The position numbers and the translations under genes were made by a program. Of a stretch of DNA of 64,000 nucleotides, positions 19,491 through 30,291 are shown one piece after another. The stretch covers positions 32,001 through 96,000 of the forward strand of contig JAXHNL010000001.1 in NCBI GenBank assembly GCA_034520565.1. The letters run 5' to 3'. The stretch comes from Halodesulfurarchaeum sp. (lineage in GTDB: Archaea; Halobacteriota; Halobacteria; Halobacteriales; Halobacteriaceae). A model generated the notes under the pieces. The model searched no databases, was not told the origin of the DNA, and saw only the letters and a program-made list of their open reading frames with translations. Within the stretch, counting starts at the first letter, position 1; each line of letters opens with the position of its first letter.

Positions 19491-20654
19491 TCACTGCTCG
19501 ATGATGCGCTCGTCGATCGACTCCCCGAAGTGTCGGCCACCGGGCTGGGTGTAGACCAGCACCTCGTCGCCCGGTTCGAGGTCCGTCACCGCTTTCCGCC
19601 CCGATTTACCGTGGACCTTGATCGTCTCGGCGTTCTGAATGAGCGTCTCGATGCGGTCACCGGCTTCGGTCTCTGCCTGGAGGCGGAACATCGGGCGACG
19701 CTCGATTTTCGCCCGCCCGACGACCGCTTCGCGAGTATGGCCGTCCGTGTCGACGACCAGGACCTCGTCCCCGCTGTTGAGTTCCGAAAGGTACGTCGTC
19801 GAGCCGTCCGGCTGGCGGGCGTAGGCGTGAACTGCGCCCGCATTGACCCGAAACGGCCGGGAGGCGACGTAGGGTGAGTCGGCAGTCTCCGCGTGGACGA
19901 AGAAGAGCCCGCGTGACATGCTCCCGATCAACATGCCCTCGTCGTGATCGAAGAGGCTACCCGTGTCAACGCAGACCCGGTCGGCACTTCCGGCCGGTTC
20001 GATGGTCGTGACTTCGGCGTACTCGAGGTCGAGGTGTTCGCGGTCGAAGTCGTCCCTGGCGGCCACCGTCTGTCGGATTTCGTCCGGATCGTCCGTGTCC
20101 AGCAGGACACCGTCTGCCCCCATCTCGAGGGTTTCGAAGGCCGTCTCTGCCTCCTCGGCCGTGGTGACCCCGGCTATCAGGTCAGTTTCCTCGCCGATTC
20201 GAGCGATAAGGTTCTCGAGCGGGATGATCTGCCAGTCTTCGCCGACCACGATCGTGTGCTCGGCGTCGGTGGCGGCCTCGCTGGCAAAGGTCTCGTACTC
20301 GGGGCCGAAAATCCGCACGTAAGCGCCGTCCGCACCGTCGCGTCGGAGCGTCGAGAGGTCTGCACTGCCGGCAAAATCGGTGGGGAGTTCGATCGTCCCG
20401 TCGCCCTCGCCGTCCTTGCCGACGATGTACCGGTCGGCCCGTCCCAGGTCTTCGGCCTGATCGCCGATGACGTCCACGTCGTCGGTGACGAAGGCCGCGA
20501 CGTCGATATCGCCCAGTTCCCGCACCCGGTCGACGTCCCACTCGTCGACGAGAATCCAGTCGACTCCGGCCTCGAGCCCGGCCGTTATCCGTCGCTTCCG
20601 TGTCTCCCAGTCGCCGACCTCGTCGTCGGCCTTGAGCCAGACGCTGCGTGTCAT
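19491..20654 (-). CDS. aroB': 3-dehydroquinate synthase II (archaeal type)
   Basis: WQIIPLENLIA, DRVCVDT, RPFRVNAGAVH, GRAKIERRPM, QNAETI, GRHFG. Confidence 0.93.
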   Translation of the reverse strand: MTRSVWLKADDEVGDWETRKRRITAGLEAGVDWILVDEWDVDRVRELGDIDVAAFVTDDVDVIGDQAEDLGRADRYIVGKDGEGDGTIELPTDFAGSADLSTLRRDGADGAYVRIFGPEYETFASEAATDAEHTIVVGEDWQIIPLENLIARIGEETDLIAGVTTAEEAETAFETLEMGADGVLLDTDDPDEIRQTVAARDDFDREHLDLEYAEVTTIEPAGSADRVCVDTGSLFDHDEGMLIGSMSRGLFFVHAETADSPYVASRPFRVNAGAVHAYARQPDGSTTYLSELNSGDEVLVVDTDGHTREAVVGRAKIERRPMFRLQAETEAGDRIETLIQNAETIKVHGKSGRKAVTDLEPGDEVLVYTQPGGRHFGESIDERIIEQ

Positions 20655-20734
20655 ACGTGGTCACACACGTGGGCCGGCCTTGAACGTGCCGGACCGTGTT
20701 CGCCGACCGGCCTTCGCTCATCCGGCGCCGCCCG

Positions 20735-21529
20735 CTACGGGTCGACTGGGAGGTCGAACCGGTCCATCGCGGCGTCGACGGTGACACCCTCGTGGACGAC
20801 GGCCGCGACCGCAGAGGAGATCGCGTACGGATCGGGATGCTGAAAAATCGTGCGCCCCATCGAAACGCCGGCCCCGCCGGCGGCGACGGAGTCCCTGACC
20901 GTCTCGAGTGTCTCGCGGTCGCTCGACGGACTCCCGCCGGCGATGATGACCGGCTTGCTCGTCGATTCGACGACGTGTTCGAAGCTCTTCGGATCCCCGG
21001 AATAAGCCGTTTTCACGAGATCCGCACCGAGTTCCTCGGCCAGCCGAACGGCGTGACCGAGGGTTTCGGCGTCGTGCTCGTCGATCCCGGGCCCCCTGGC
21101 GTAGGCCATCACCAGCACTGGCATCCCGAATCGTTCGGCAGCATCGGTCACTTCGGCCAACTCGCTGAGCTGGTCCGGCTCGTGGTCGCTTCCGACGTTG
21201 ATGTGAAAGGAAACGCCGTCAGCCCCGAGCCGGACGGCCTCTTCGACGGTGGCTGTCTTCCGCTTGTCGGCCTCGTCGGGGCCGATTTCGGTCGAGCCGT
21301 TGCAATGAATGAGATAACCCGCCCCGTTCCGGTTGGGAATGACCCGGTCGGCCAGCCCCTTCTGGGTGAGGACGGCGTCCGCGCCACCCGCCGTGACCGC
21401 CGAAATCGTCCCCTCGATGTCTTTGAGTCCATCTACAGCCCCCATTGTCAGGCCGTGATCCATCGGCACGGTGACGAACTTCCCGTCCCTGCCGAGGCGT
21501 GCCAATCTCGCGTCGGTCCCTGTAGCCAT
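20735..21529 (-). CDS. aroA': 2-amino-3,7-dideoxy-D-threo-hept-6-ulosonate synthase (DhnA-type aldolase)
   Basis: VPMDHG, MAYARG, ELGADLVKT, IAGG, GRTIFQ; adjacent to DHQ synthase II. Confidence 0.88.
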   Translation of the reverse strand: MATGTDARLARLGRDGKFVTVPMDHGLTMGAVDGLKDIEGTISAVTAGGADAVLTQKGLADRVIPNRNGAGYLIHCNGSTEIGPDEADKRKTATVEEAVRLGADGVSFHINVGSDHEPDQLSELAEVTDAAERFGMPVLVMAYARGPGIDEHDAETLGHAVRLAEELGADLVKTAYSGDPKSFEHVVESTSKPVIIAGGSPSSDRETLETVRDSVAAGGAGVSMGRTIFQHPDPYAISSAVAAVVHEGVTVDAAMDRFDLPVDP

Positions 21530-21569
21530 TGCGAGGGTATAGCAAGCGGGTGGCTATGTTCGTTGCGGT

Positions 21570-22355
21570 TTATCGAGCCGATCGCACGCCGGCGGCCAAC
21601 TCTTCGGCCCGTTTTTCGAGCCTCGCGGGGACATCCACGCCGCCCTCGATGATGTCGACGAAAACGCTCCCTGCGACGACGCCGTCCGCGCCCGCAGCGA
21701 CGATTTGTTCGGCTTGCTCGCCGGTGCTGACGCCGAACCCGACTGCTTTCGGGACGTCCGTCTCCGGGAGCCGCTCGAGCGATCGGCCGGTGTGATCGCT
21801 CACGTCCGCCTTTGCCCCAGTCGTCCCCATTCGGGCCTGCACGTAGAGAAACCCACTTGCCTGCTCGACGATCCGGTTTCGGCGCTCCTCGGTGGTGGTC
21901 GGTGCCACGATGAAGATGGTCGCGAGGTCGTGGGCCTGACACGCCTCGCGGAGCGGCTTGCTTTCCTCCACGGGCAGGTCCGGAACGATCAGCCCCGAGA
22001 GGCCCGCCTCGGCGGCGTCGGCGACGAACGGCTCGAGGTCGCCCTCGCCGTAGCGATAGAGCATGTTGTAGTAGGTCATCGCCACGATCGGCACCCCGAG
22101 ATCGAGGTCCGCGACGAGGTCGAGATATCGATCGGGTGTCATTCCCGCGTCGAGGGCCCGCCTGATGCCGGCCTGGATCGTCGGTCCGTCGGCGATCGGT
22201 TCCGAGAATGGGAGCCCCAATTCGAGGACGTCCGCACCCCCGTCCACCAGGGCCCGAGCGTACTCGACGGTCGATTCGGACGAGGGATCGCCGGCGACCA
22301 CGTAGGGGACGAGTGCGCCGTCCTCGAACGCGGCGCGGATCGCTCGCTCACTCAC
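21570..22355 (-). CDS. trpA: Tryptophan synthase alpha chain
   Basis: [42 protein letters not shown]. Confidence 0.96.
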   Translation of the reverse strand: MSERAIRAAFEDGALVPYVVAGDPSSESTVEYARALVDGGADVLELGLPFSEPIADGPTIQAGIRRALDAGMTPDRYLDLVADLDLGVPIVAMTYYNMLYRYGEGDLEPFVADAAEAGLSGLIVPDLPVEESKPLREACQAHDLATIFIVAPTTTEERRNRIVEQASGFLYVQARMGTTGAKADVSDHTGRSLERLPETDVPKAVGFGVSTGEQAEQIVAAGADGVVAGSVFVDIIEGGVDVPARLEKRAEELAAGVRSAR

Positions 22356-23571
22356 CGCTCATCACCCCCAGGTCCGGGGCCGATTCGAGGTTTCGCCGAT
22401 CGCTCTCCTCGATCACCGTGTCGAGGTCCTTGTCGCCGCGTCCGGAGACCGTCACCAGTACGGGCCCGTCGAAGTCATACTCGTCGAGGGCGGCGAGGGC
22501 GTGACTACTCTCCAGTGCCGGAATGATGCCTTCGGTTCTGGAGAGGCGGTGGAAGGCCCGGAGCGCGGCTTCATCGTCGACCGTCACCGGCTCGACCCGG
22601 CCCTCGGCGACGAGGTGGGCGAGTTCGGGGCCGACGCCCGCGTAGTCGAGTCCCGCGCTGACGCTGTGGGACTCGACGACCTGGCCCGTTCCGGTCTGCA
22701 GGAGGCGTGTCTGGGCTCCGTGAAGGACGCCGTCGGTTCCCGTCGAGAGCGAGGCCGAGTGCGGGGCGTGTTCTGCCGCCTCGTCGATCGTCAGTGACTC
22801 CCCACCGGCCTCGGCGGCGACGAGGGCGACCGGATCGTCCAGAAAGTGCTGGAACGATCCCATCGTGTTCGAGCCGCCACCCACACAGGCGAGCACCGTC
22901 CCGGGCAGTCCCCCCATCACCGATAGGGACTGTTCGCGGGCTTCCTCGGAAATGACCGCCTGGAAGTCCCGAACCATGCTCGGGAACGGGTGCGGGCCCA
23001 CCACGGACCCGATGACGTAGTGGGTGTCCTCGACGTTGGTCGCCCAGTCCCGAAGCGTGGCGTTGATCGCCTCTTTGAGGGTCCCCGAGCCCTCGTCGAC
23101 CGGATTGACGGCGGCTTCGTGGGTCAACATCCGAAAGACGTTGGGTCGCTGGCGATTGATGTCCGTCCGGCCCATGTAGATCTCACAGTCGATATCGAGG
23201 TGTGCACAGGCCATCGCGACGGCCGTGCCGTGCTGGCCCGCTCCGGTCTCGGCGATGATCCGCTCCTTGCCCATGTACTCGGCGAGGAGCACCTGGCCGA
23301 GTGCGTTGTTGAGCTTGTGCGCGCCGCCGTGCAGGAGGTCCTCGCGTTTCAGGTACACGTCCGTGTCGGACGCCTCGCTGAGCGTGTCCGCCCGGTGTAG
23401 CGGCGTCGGGCGCCCGCCGAACTCCCGGAGACGCGTCCGGAACTCGTCCATGAAACCGTCCTCGTTCTCGATGACGTAGCGCTCGTAGGCCGATTCGAGT
23501 TCCTCGACCGCCGGCATGAGTACCTCGGGAACGTACTGGCCCCCGTACTCGCCGAAGCGGCCGGCACTCAT
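22348..23571 (-). CDS. trpB: Tryptophan synthase beta chain
   Basis: [50 protein letters not shown]. Confidence 0.97.
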   Translation of the reverse strand: MSAGRFGEYGGQYVPEVLMPAVEELESAYERYVIENEDGFMDEFRTRLREFGGRPTPLHRADTLSEASDTDVYLKREDLLHGGAHKLNNALGQVLLAEYMGKERIIAETGAGQHGTAVAMACAHLDIDCEIYMGRTDINRQRPNVFRMLTHEAAVNPVDEGSGTLKEAINATLRDWATNVEDTHYVIGSVVGPHPFPSMVRDFQAVISEEAREQSLSVMGGLPGTVLACVGGGSNTMGSFQHFLDDPVALVAAEAGGESLTIDEAAEHAPHSASLSTGTDGVLHGAQTRLLQTGTGQVVESHSVSAGLDYAGVGPELAHLVAEGRVEPVTVDDEAALRAFHRLSRTEGIIPALESSHALAALDEYDFDGPVLVTVSGRGDKDLDTVIEESDRRNLESAPDLGVMSGE

Positions 23572-24353
23572 CGTTCGACCAACCTCCCGGTGTTCTCCTC
23601 GATGGCTCCGTCCATGATCGCCGACCCCACGAGAATGCCATCGGCACCGGCCGCCAGCATCTGCTCGCGGTGAGCGGGCGTTTCGATACCGCTCTCGGCG
23701 ATCAGGGTCACGTTCTCCGGGACGAGGGGCGCAAGCTGCTTCACGGTCGAGCGATCGACGGTGAGCGTGGCCAGATCACGGTTGTTCACCCCGATCACGT
23801 CGGCCCCGGCTCCCACCGCCTCCGCGACCTCGTCCCGAGTATGAGTCTCGACGAGCGGCGTCATCCCCCGGTCCCGGGCCGCCTCGATCATCCCCTCGAG
23901 GTCCGAGAGAAAGCGGACGATCAAGAGGACCGCGTCGGCGGCGACGGCGTCGAGCTGGGACGGCTCCAGGACGAAATCCTTCCGGAGGACCGGGACCGAT
24001 ACGGCGTCCCGGACGGCGTCGAGTGCCTCGATCGACCCGCCGAAGTGATCCGGTTCGGTCAGCACCGAAATCGCGCTGGCCCCGCCAGCCACCATCGCTT
24101 CGGCAGTCGCCACCGGATCGATCGACCGGTCGTACGGGGCGGTCGGACTCGTCGGCTTGATTTCCGCGATGATCGGTGCCCGCGCTGTCGTTCTGGCGTC
24201 CCGCAACGCGTCGGGAAGCGACGTTGCGTCCACGTCCAGTCTCGCGGTTTCACCGGTGCGTGACGCGGCGCCGCCCCGGTTTTCGGCGGCAGCGAGAATT
24301 TCCCGAACTGCCGGGGCGAGGGACTCGTCGGTCGCCGGCTCTGTAGTACCCAT
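23568..24353 (-). CDS. trpC: Indole-3-glycerol-phosphate synthase
   Basis: [38 protein letters not shown]; start taken at MGTTEP (24353). Confidence 0.93.
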   Translation of the reverse strand: MGTTEPATDESLAPAVREILAAAENRGGAASRTGETARLDVDATSLPDALRDARTTARAPIIAEIKPTSPTAPYDRSIDPVATAEAMVAGGASAISVLTEPDHFGGSIEALDAVRDAVSVPVLRKDFVLEPSQLDAVAADAVLLIVRFLSDLEGMIEAARDRGMTPLVETHTRDEVAEAVGAGADVIGVNNRDLATLTVDRSTVKQLAPLVPENVTLIAESGIETPAHREQMLAAGADGILVGSAIMDGAIEENTGRLVER

Positions 24354-24374
24354 TATTGTCCATTGATGATCGGA

Positions 24375-24384
24375 TATGTACATA
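24375..24384. promoter_or_regulatory. Perfect palindrome TATGTACATA at the trpCBA promoter (TRP-box-like)
   Basis: Seen directly, 22-31 nt upstream of the trpC ATG; core TGTACA matches the archaeal TrpY TRP-box consensus. Confidence 0.45.
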
Positions 24385-24459
24385 ACTGTTGTGACTCGGG
24401 GCCACACTTGGGTCATACCCGGGCGAATGTTGAAGGCCGAACCCGACGAAGAATCGACC

Positions 24460-24918
24460 ATGTCGGGAACCGGCATCTTTGCCCGCGAATTCGACGAACT
24501 CGACGCGACCGTCCAGATCGGCGTGGCAAACGGTCGGGTCATCAGCCTCTCGTTTCCCGACGAGCCCGAACCGGGGGCCGGTTCCGATCACGAGATCCTG
24601 GACTGGATCGCCGAATACCTCCACGGAACGGCAACTGACGTCGGCGAAATCGAGATCGGGTTGACCGTCCCGACCGACCAGCGCACCGTCCTGGAGACGG
24701 TCCGAAAGATTCCCGCCGGGGAAGCGGTTTCGCTCGAACGACTGGTCGCCCGAAGTCCGGGGCTCGATCCCGACGACGCCGAGGACGTGGCGACAGCCAG
24801 GACGGCCCTAGCCGAGAACCCGATCCCACTTTTCATTCCGGATCACCGCGTTCGCGACGCTCCCAGTGCCGCCCCCTCGAGGATCGAGACCGTCCTTCGG
24901 AATATCGAGGGGCGATAG
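24460..24918 (+). CDS. MGMT/ATL family protein (methylated-DNA repair-like, no catalytic Cys)
   Basis: VLETVRKIPAGE...ALAENPIPLFIPDHRV, with PDHRV in place of PCHRV. Confidence 0.8.
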   Translation: MSGTGIFAREFDELDATVQIGVANGRVISLSFPDEPEPGAGSDHEILDWIAEYLHGTATDVGEIEIGLTVPTDQRTVLETVRKIPAGEAVSLERLVARSPGLDPDDAEDVATARTALAENPIPLFIPDHRVRDAPSAAPSRIETVLRNIEGR

Positions 24919-25011
24919 CAGGTCGTCCGACGATTCGCCTGTGTTGTGGGTCATCCCGTTTGGATTCAAGCATGGGTCCGGAGCGTTGCTGGTCACCAGA
25001 ATTGCAACCGC

Positions 25012-25689
25012 TCAGTCCCGCGCGTGCCGGGTGAACTCCACGAGATCCACGAGATAATGGGCGCCGATCACGAGCCAGAGACTCCCGGACCAGTAGTACA
25101 CGACACCGAAACCCAGGCCGAGGACCGTTGCGACTCCAACGCCGAGGCGACCCTGGGCCGTATGCGCTTGGCCGAAGGCGACGGCCGAGCCGACAATCAG
25201 CACGAGTGGAGGAAACGGCGTTCCAGCCCCGAATGCGCCGATCAGGATCCCACGGAAGAGGAGTTCCTCGGTCACGGCGATAACCGGGAGCAACACGCCC
25301 GCCAGGACCAGCCATTCGATCCAATTCTCGGGAGTCAACAACTCGCGCAAGGGGTTTTCAGGGTTCCCAGAAAATCGCGCGAGCGGATCTGCAACCTCGT
25401 TGAAAAAAACAAAAACCGCCGTGAGACCCGCGAGCCAGCCCATCGGGGGAACCGTTTCTATCCCGATCGTAGAAGCGGGAACACCGGTCCACCAGACGAG
25501 CAGTCCGGCAAGCCCGAGCACGAGGACATGCGAGACGCCGACGTTGAGATACAGTGTCGACGTGGACAACTGGTCGAGGGGGCTTCGATCCGCTGTCAAC
25601 AACCCGGCCGTCTGTCTGGCCAGGAATACGACACCGAGAACCAGTGCCAGAGAAAGGGCGACGAACAGGTCCCAAACCGGGGTTGTCAT
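25012..25689 (-). CDS. CPBP/Abi family intramembrane metalloprotease
   Basis: EELLFRG, FGQAH, AHYLVD motifs and multiple TM helices. Confidence 0.88.
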   Translation of the reverse strand: MTTPVWDLFVALSLALVLGVVFLARQTAGLLTADRSPLDQLSTSTLYLNVGVSHVLVLGLAGLLVWWTGVPASTIGIETVPPMGWLAGLTAVFVFFNEVADPLARFSGNPENPLRELLTPENWIEWLVLAGVLLPVIAVTEELLFRGILIGAFGAGTPFPPLVLIVGSAVAFGQAHTAQGRLGVGVATVLGLGFGVVYYWSGSLWLVIGAHYLVDLVEFTRHARD

Positions 25690-25749
25690 CGAATCGATCT
25701 CCGGCCCGCACGAGCAAGAATACCGGGGAAAACGGCTCCGCAGAACGCG

Positions 25750-27823
25750 CTATTGCGGTGAGGGGTTCGTGCCGGTCGCCGCAGCCCCTTCGGTCGCCTC
25801 GAGGGCCGTCCCGGTAATCGACTTGAGCCGGTCGACCAGCGAGTCCTTTTCCGGTTCGCCCGAGAGGGCCACGTCGAGCACCTCGCTGATGTGGGAAACC
25901 GGGATGATCTCGATCATCTCCTCGTACTCCTCCTCGATCATGACGTCCTGCTCGTTTGCCTTCGGGATGATGACGCGATCGTAGCCGGCCTTCGCGGCGG
26001 CCTCGATCTTGTGTGTTACCCCGCCGACGGGCAGAACGTCACCGCGAACCGAGAGCGAGCCGGTCATCGCGAGGTCCTGCTCGATCGGTATGTTCTCCAG
26101 GGCGGAGATCACCGCCGTCGCGACGGTGATCGAGGCCGAATCGCCCTCGACGCCCTGTGTCTGGATGAACTGGACGTGGATGTCCTTCTGAGAGATGTCC
26201 TCGTCGGAGAACTTCTTGATGATCGCGGAGACGTTCGAGACGGCCTCCTGGGCCATCTCCTTGAGCTGCCCGGTGGCGATGACGCGGCCACCTTCACCCT
26301 GTCGCGGGGTCACCTCGGCCATGACGGGAAGCACGATCCCCGAGTCACCACCCATGACTGCAAGCCCGTTGACGCGTCCGACCGCACTGCCCTCGGTCTC
26401 CTTGAGTTCGTAGTCCTTCCGGCGTTCGATGTAGTCGTCCGCGAACTGCTGCTCGATGGAGCGGGAGCGCTTTTTCGCTTCGAGGACGTGCTCGCGCTCG
26501 ACGAACTCGCTGCCCTCCGCCTTTGCGATGTCCCCGGCCACGCGAACCAGGCCACCGAGGTCCCGGAATTTGAGGGTCAACTGCCCCTTCCGGCCCGAGC
26601 GGCGCTTGGCCTCCAGGATGACTTCCCGGACGGCGTCCGGCTCGAAGTGGGGCAGGCGGCCGTCTTTCACGACCTCCTGAGCGACGAAGCGGGCGTACTG
26701 CCGCCGCGTCGATGGATTCTCGTCGATGGTGTCCTCCATGTAGACCTCGTACCCGTAGCCTTTCAGCCGGTCGCGGAGCGCGGGGTGCATGTTCTCCATC
26801 GCGTCCATGTTCCCCGCCGCGACCATGATGAAGTCACACGGCACGGGTTCGGTCTGGACCATCGCGCCCGAGGAGCGCTCGGACTGCCCGGTGATGGCAA
26901 ACTCGCCCTCCTGGATGGCCGTCATCAGCTTCTGCTGGGAGCGGATGTCCAGGGTGTTGATCTCGTCGACGAACAGCACGCCCTTGTGGGCCTTCTGCAA
27001 TCGAGCCGGCCTCGACGCGGTCGTGGCTCGGCGTCTCCATCCCGCCGGACTGAAACGGGTCGTGTCGCACATCGCCCAGCAGTGCGCCTGCGTGGGCACC
27101 CGTCGCGTCCTCGAACGCCGCAACGGTGCGGTCGCCGTTGTTGACCAACAGCTTCGGCACCATGGCGTCGCTGCCCCGGTTCGTGTACCGGAAGGCGAAA
27201 TAGATGACCGCTGCGGCGAGCAGGCCCAGAAGTACCTGGCCGGCGATCAAGAGCGCGTAGCCGACGATGATCGCGATGACGATCCACATCAGGAAGGATC
27301 GCATTTGCTTTCGCTTTCTGGCTTCCTCCTGGTGGGCCTCGACGATCTGATCGCCCTTTCCCGCCGGAACCGTCCTGACCCGGGGCTCATTCGAGTCCTC
27401 CGGGTTGTGATAGATGAGGACGTCCTGGAGGGACTCCTTCGGCAGGAGTCGACTCATCGCCTTTGCGAGCATCGACTTCCCGGTTCCCGGGGAGCCGATC
27501 ATCATGACGTGACGATGTTGCTTCGCGGCACGCTTGACGATCTCGCGGGCCTCTTCCTGCCCGATCACCTGATCGACCAGCCGTTCCGGGACCTCGATAT
27601 CGGCGGTCGATTCGATCTTCAGCCCGCCGAGAAGATCGTCTTCGGCGTTTTCCTCGTCGATCGTGAGGTCCCCCTCGACGTCGACTTCGCTCCCGAGATC
27701 CTCCTCGAGCGGGATCTGCTCTTCGGCCTGCTCCCGGTCCTCGACAGGTGCCCTGCCGGACGGCTTCCGAACTGGCTCGGGGTCGTCTTCGGGGGGTAGG
27801 TCACTCGTGGGATCGTTACTCAT
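25750..27823 (-). CDS. lonB: Membrane-anchored ATP-dependent protease LonB, with one apparent +1 indel at about 26998
   Basis: [15 protein letters not shown], two TM helices, [12 protein letters not shown], then (after the shift) [13 protein letters not shown], Ser-Lys dyad GDSAS / HKIEAA. Confidence 0.93.
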
Positions 27824-28099
27824 TGAATGTCTTCGACGGTGAAATCCAAGGTTCCGTTATTGATATACTTTCTCCCTTCGGTGATCCCGCGAATCCCGCC
27901 CTTTCGTCCGGTTTACGGGCGTCTCCGTGCAGTTCAGGAGAGATGTCTCCGTGTGGTTCCGAAGAAATCGATTCGGTGGTCTGTCGATGGGTTTTCCCAG
28001 ATACCGCGATCGGAGCACAGAACCCGAGCTGGATCCGGAACGACTCCTCTCGACGGTGGATCGCCTCCTTTGATGTACGGGCCCCGCATAGACCCGACA

Positions 28100-28630
28100 A
28101 TGACACGTGGGTTCTACATTGGCCGGTTCCAGCCGTACCACCGGGGCCATCATCGGGTAGTCGAGCAGATCGCAGCGGAAGTCGACGAAGTCGTGGTCGG
28201 GATCGGCAGCGCCGACCAGAGCCACACGCTCGAAAACCCCTTCACCGCCGGCGAGCGGATGATGATGATCACCAAGTGCCTCGCCGAACTTGACCTGGTC
28301 ACCTACGTCGTGCCGATCGAGGACATCAACCGGAACTCCGTCTGGGTCAGCCACGTGACCGCCATGAGCCCACACTTCGACGTGGCCTACTCGAACAATC
28401 CGCTCGTGATCCGGCTCTTCGACGAGTCCGGCATCGAGGTCAGACAATCCCCGATGTTCGAGCGCGAACAGTTGGAGGGCGAAACCATCAGGGAGCGAAT
28501 GCTGCAGGACGAGGGCTGGGAGGACCTGTTGCCCGAGCCGGTCGTCGAGACGATCGAGGAGATAAACGGCATCACCCGGATCCAGCACATCGGCGATACG
28601 GACAAGAGTGGGGCGGCCGACCCGGAATGA
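28100..28630 (+). CDS. nadM: Nicotinamide-nucleotide adenylyltransferase
   Basis: GRFQPYHRGH, GSADQSH, NPFTAGER; ATG at 28100. Confidence 0.93.
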   Translation: MTRGFYIGRFQPYHRGHHRVVEQIAAEVDEVVVGIGSADQSHTLENPFTAGERMMMITKCLAELDLVTYVVPIEDINRNSVWVSHVTAMSPHFDVAYSNNPLVIRLFDESGIEVRQSPMFEREQLEGETIRERMLQDEGWEDLLPEPVVETIEEINGITRIQHIGDTDKSGAADPE

Positions 28631-29397
28631 TCACCCTCGCCAGCGACTTCGGCTCGCCCTATCCCGCGGCGATGAAGGGTGTTATTCTCGCAGAAACCGA
28701 CGCCCGACTCGTCGACGTGGCCCACGATTTACCGCGGCAAAACCGCCACACAGCAGCCTTCTGGCTCCGAGAAATCCTGCCGTATTTCCCGCCGGCGGTC
28801 CATCTGGTCGTCGTCGATCCGGGCGTGGGAACCGATCGGCGGGTGCTCGTCGTCGAAGCTGGCGAGCACCGCCTCGTCGGGCCCGACAACGGTGTGCTCG
28901 TCCCGGTCGCCGAGCGGCTGGCCGAGAAGCCCACCTACTATGCCACGACTCCCGAGGAACCAGCGAGTACAACGTTCCACGGTCGAGACGTGTTCGCGCC
29001 ACTCGCGGCGACGGTGCAGGAAGCGGGGCTCTCGGCGGTCGTCGACGGGAAGCGTTTTGCCGCCGTCACGGACGTCGAACGGATCGAATTTCCCGACCCA
29101 ACGGTCGACGATTACGAAGCGAAGGGCGAGGTGCTCGCGATCGACGACTTCGGCAACACGATCACGAACGTCCCGGGATCGTTTCTCGACGGCTCGTTCG
29201 GTGAGCCGATCCTCGTCGATGGACGGGAAACGGTGGTGGCCCGGACGTATGCGGCGGTCCCGCCCGACGAACAACTGGTGACAGTCGGCAGTCACGGCAA
29301 CGTCGAACTGGCCGTGAATCGGGGACGCGGCGACGAGGCCTTCGGCCTCGAAACGGGGTCGACGTTTTCTCTCACCGTCCCCGGGGACGAAACCTGA
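28627..29397 (+). CDS. SAM hydrolase / SAM-dependent halogenase family (DUF62)
   Basis: LASDFG, VVDPGVGT, GPDNG, TFHGRDVFAP, DDFGN, ELAVNRG. Confidence 0.92.
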   Translation: MITLASDFGSPYPAAMKGVILAETDARLVDVAHDLPRQNRHTAAFWLREILPYFPPAVHLVVVDPGVGTDRRVLVVEAGEHRLVGPDNGVLVPVAERLAEKPTYYATTPEEPASTTFHGRDVFAPLAATVQEAGLSAVVDGKRFAAVTDVERIEFPDPTVDDYEAKGEVLAIDDFGNTITNVPGSFLDGSFGEPILVDGRETVVARTYAAVPPDEQLVTVGSHGNVELAVNRGRGDEAFGLETGSTFSLTVPGDET

Positions 29398-29451
29398 GCG
29401 GCCAACTGTGGGACCGTTAGTCCGATATGGAATGCCCTCCGAGAGTGGGGT

Positions 29452-30282
29452 ATGCTGGAGTTGGAGCACGGGTTCCAGGCGTTCGACGTCCACGCACGCC
29501 TGCACCCGGGACCGGGTCGTCCGATCCGGGGGAAGACGATCGACGCCGAGGGACTCCAACGCGAACTTCACCACGCGGGTATCGCCCAGGCCGTCGTCTT
29601 TCCGGGACCGGTCAGTGGCGAACGGGGGTACCTCCGGGCGAACAACGCGATCGCCAGACAGACCGTCGAGCGACCCCTGATCGCGATGGCACGGCTCGAC
29701 GGCCCCCGCGAAGGGGCCGGAACGGTCACGTCGACCCTCAAGGACGCCATTGCCCGGCCCGACGCCGCCCACACCACCCCGGACGACGTAAAGCAGTACG
29801 CCTATGACGACCGGTTTCACGGGTTCAAACTCGATCCGCCACGGGATGGGCTTCCAACCCCCGAGGTACTCGACGCCCTGGAAGACGTCGGGCTTCCAGT
29901 ACTCCTCTACGGCGGAACCGAGTTTCCACCCGAACAGGTCGACGAATTTCTGCTCGGACGGTCGATCCCGATCGTGCTGGCCCACTTCGGCGGCCACCCG
30001 GCAAACCGGGAGTTGATGACTCGAGCCATCGACCTGCTCGACCGGCGCGATTCGCTCTACCTCGATACCAGCGCGGTGCGGTATCGCGACTTGCTCGAAC
30101 GGGCCATCATGGAGCATCCGGACCGGATCCTGTTCGGGAGCGGTACCCCGACGGTCCACCCGAACGTCGGGGTGATGGAGATCCTGACCCTCGACGTTCC
30201 GGAAAACGTCATGGAGCGGGTGTTCACCAAGAATCCAGTCCGGATCCTACCTGTCCTCGAAGGTGGCCAGACGAGCCGGTGA
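29452..30282 (+). CDS. Amidohydrolase_2-like TIM-barrel protein with degenerate metal ligands
   Basis: FHGFKL, LAHFGGHP, LYLDTS, RILFGS pattern; DVHAR at the HxH position. Confidence 0.75.
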   Translation: MLELEHGFQAFDVHARLHPGPGRPIRGKTIDAEGLQRELHHAGIAQAVVFPGPVSGERGYLRANNAIARQTVERPLIAMARLDGPREGAGTVTSTLKDAIARPDAAHTTPDDVKQYAYDDRFHGFKLDPPRDGLPTPEVLDALEDVGLPVLLYGGTEFPPEQVDEFLLGRSIPIVLAHFGGHPANRELMTRAIDLLDRRDSLYLDTSAVRYRDLLERAIMEHPDRILFGSGTPTVHPNVGVMEILTLDVPENVMERVFTKNPVRILPVLEGGQTSR

Positions 30283-30291
30283 CCAGCCCGG

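Noticed and set aside
26990-27005. Programmed frameshift or split lonB
   Set aside because: No slippery sequence; removing one base restores GSIQKAHKG, and similar indels recur across the window
28627-29397. Fluorinase/chlorinase for halometabolite synthesis
   Set aside because: It retains the DUF62 Asp/His/Arg signature (SDFG, TFHGRD) of SAM hydrolases and sits in the usual housekeeping context beside nadM
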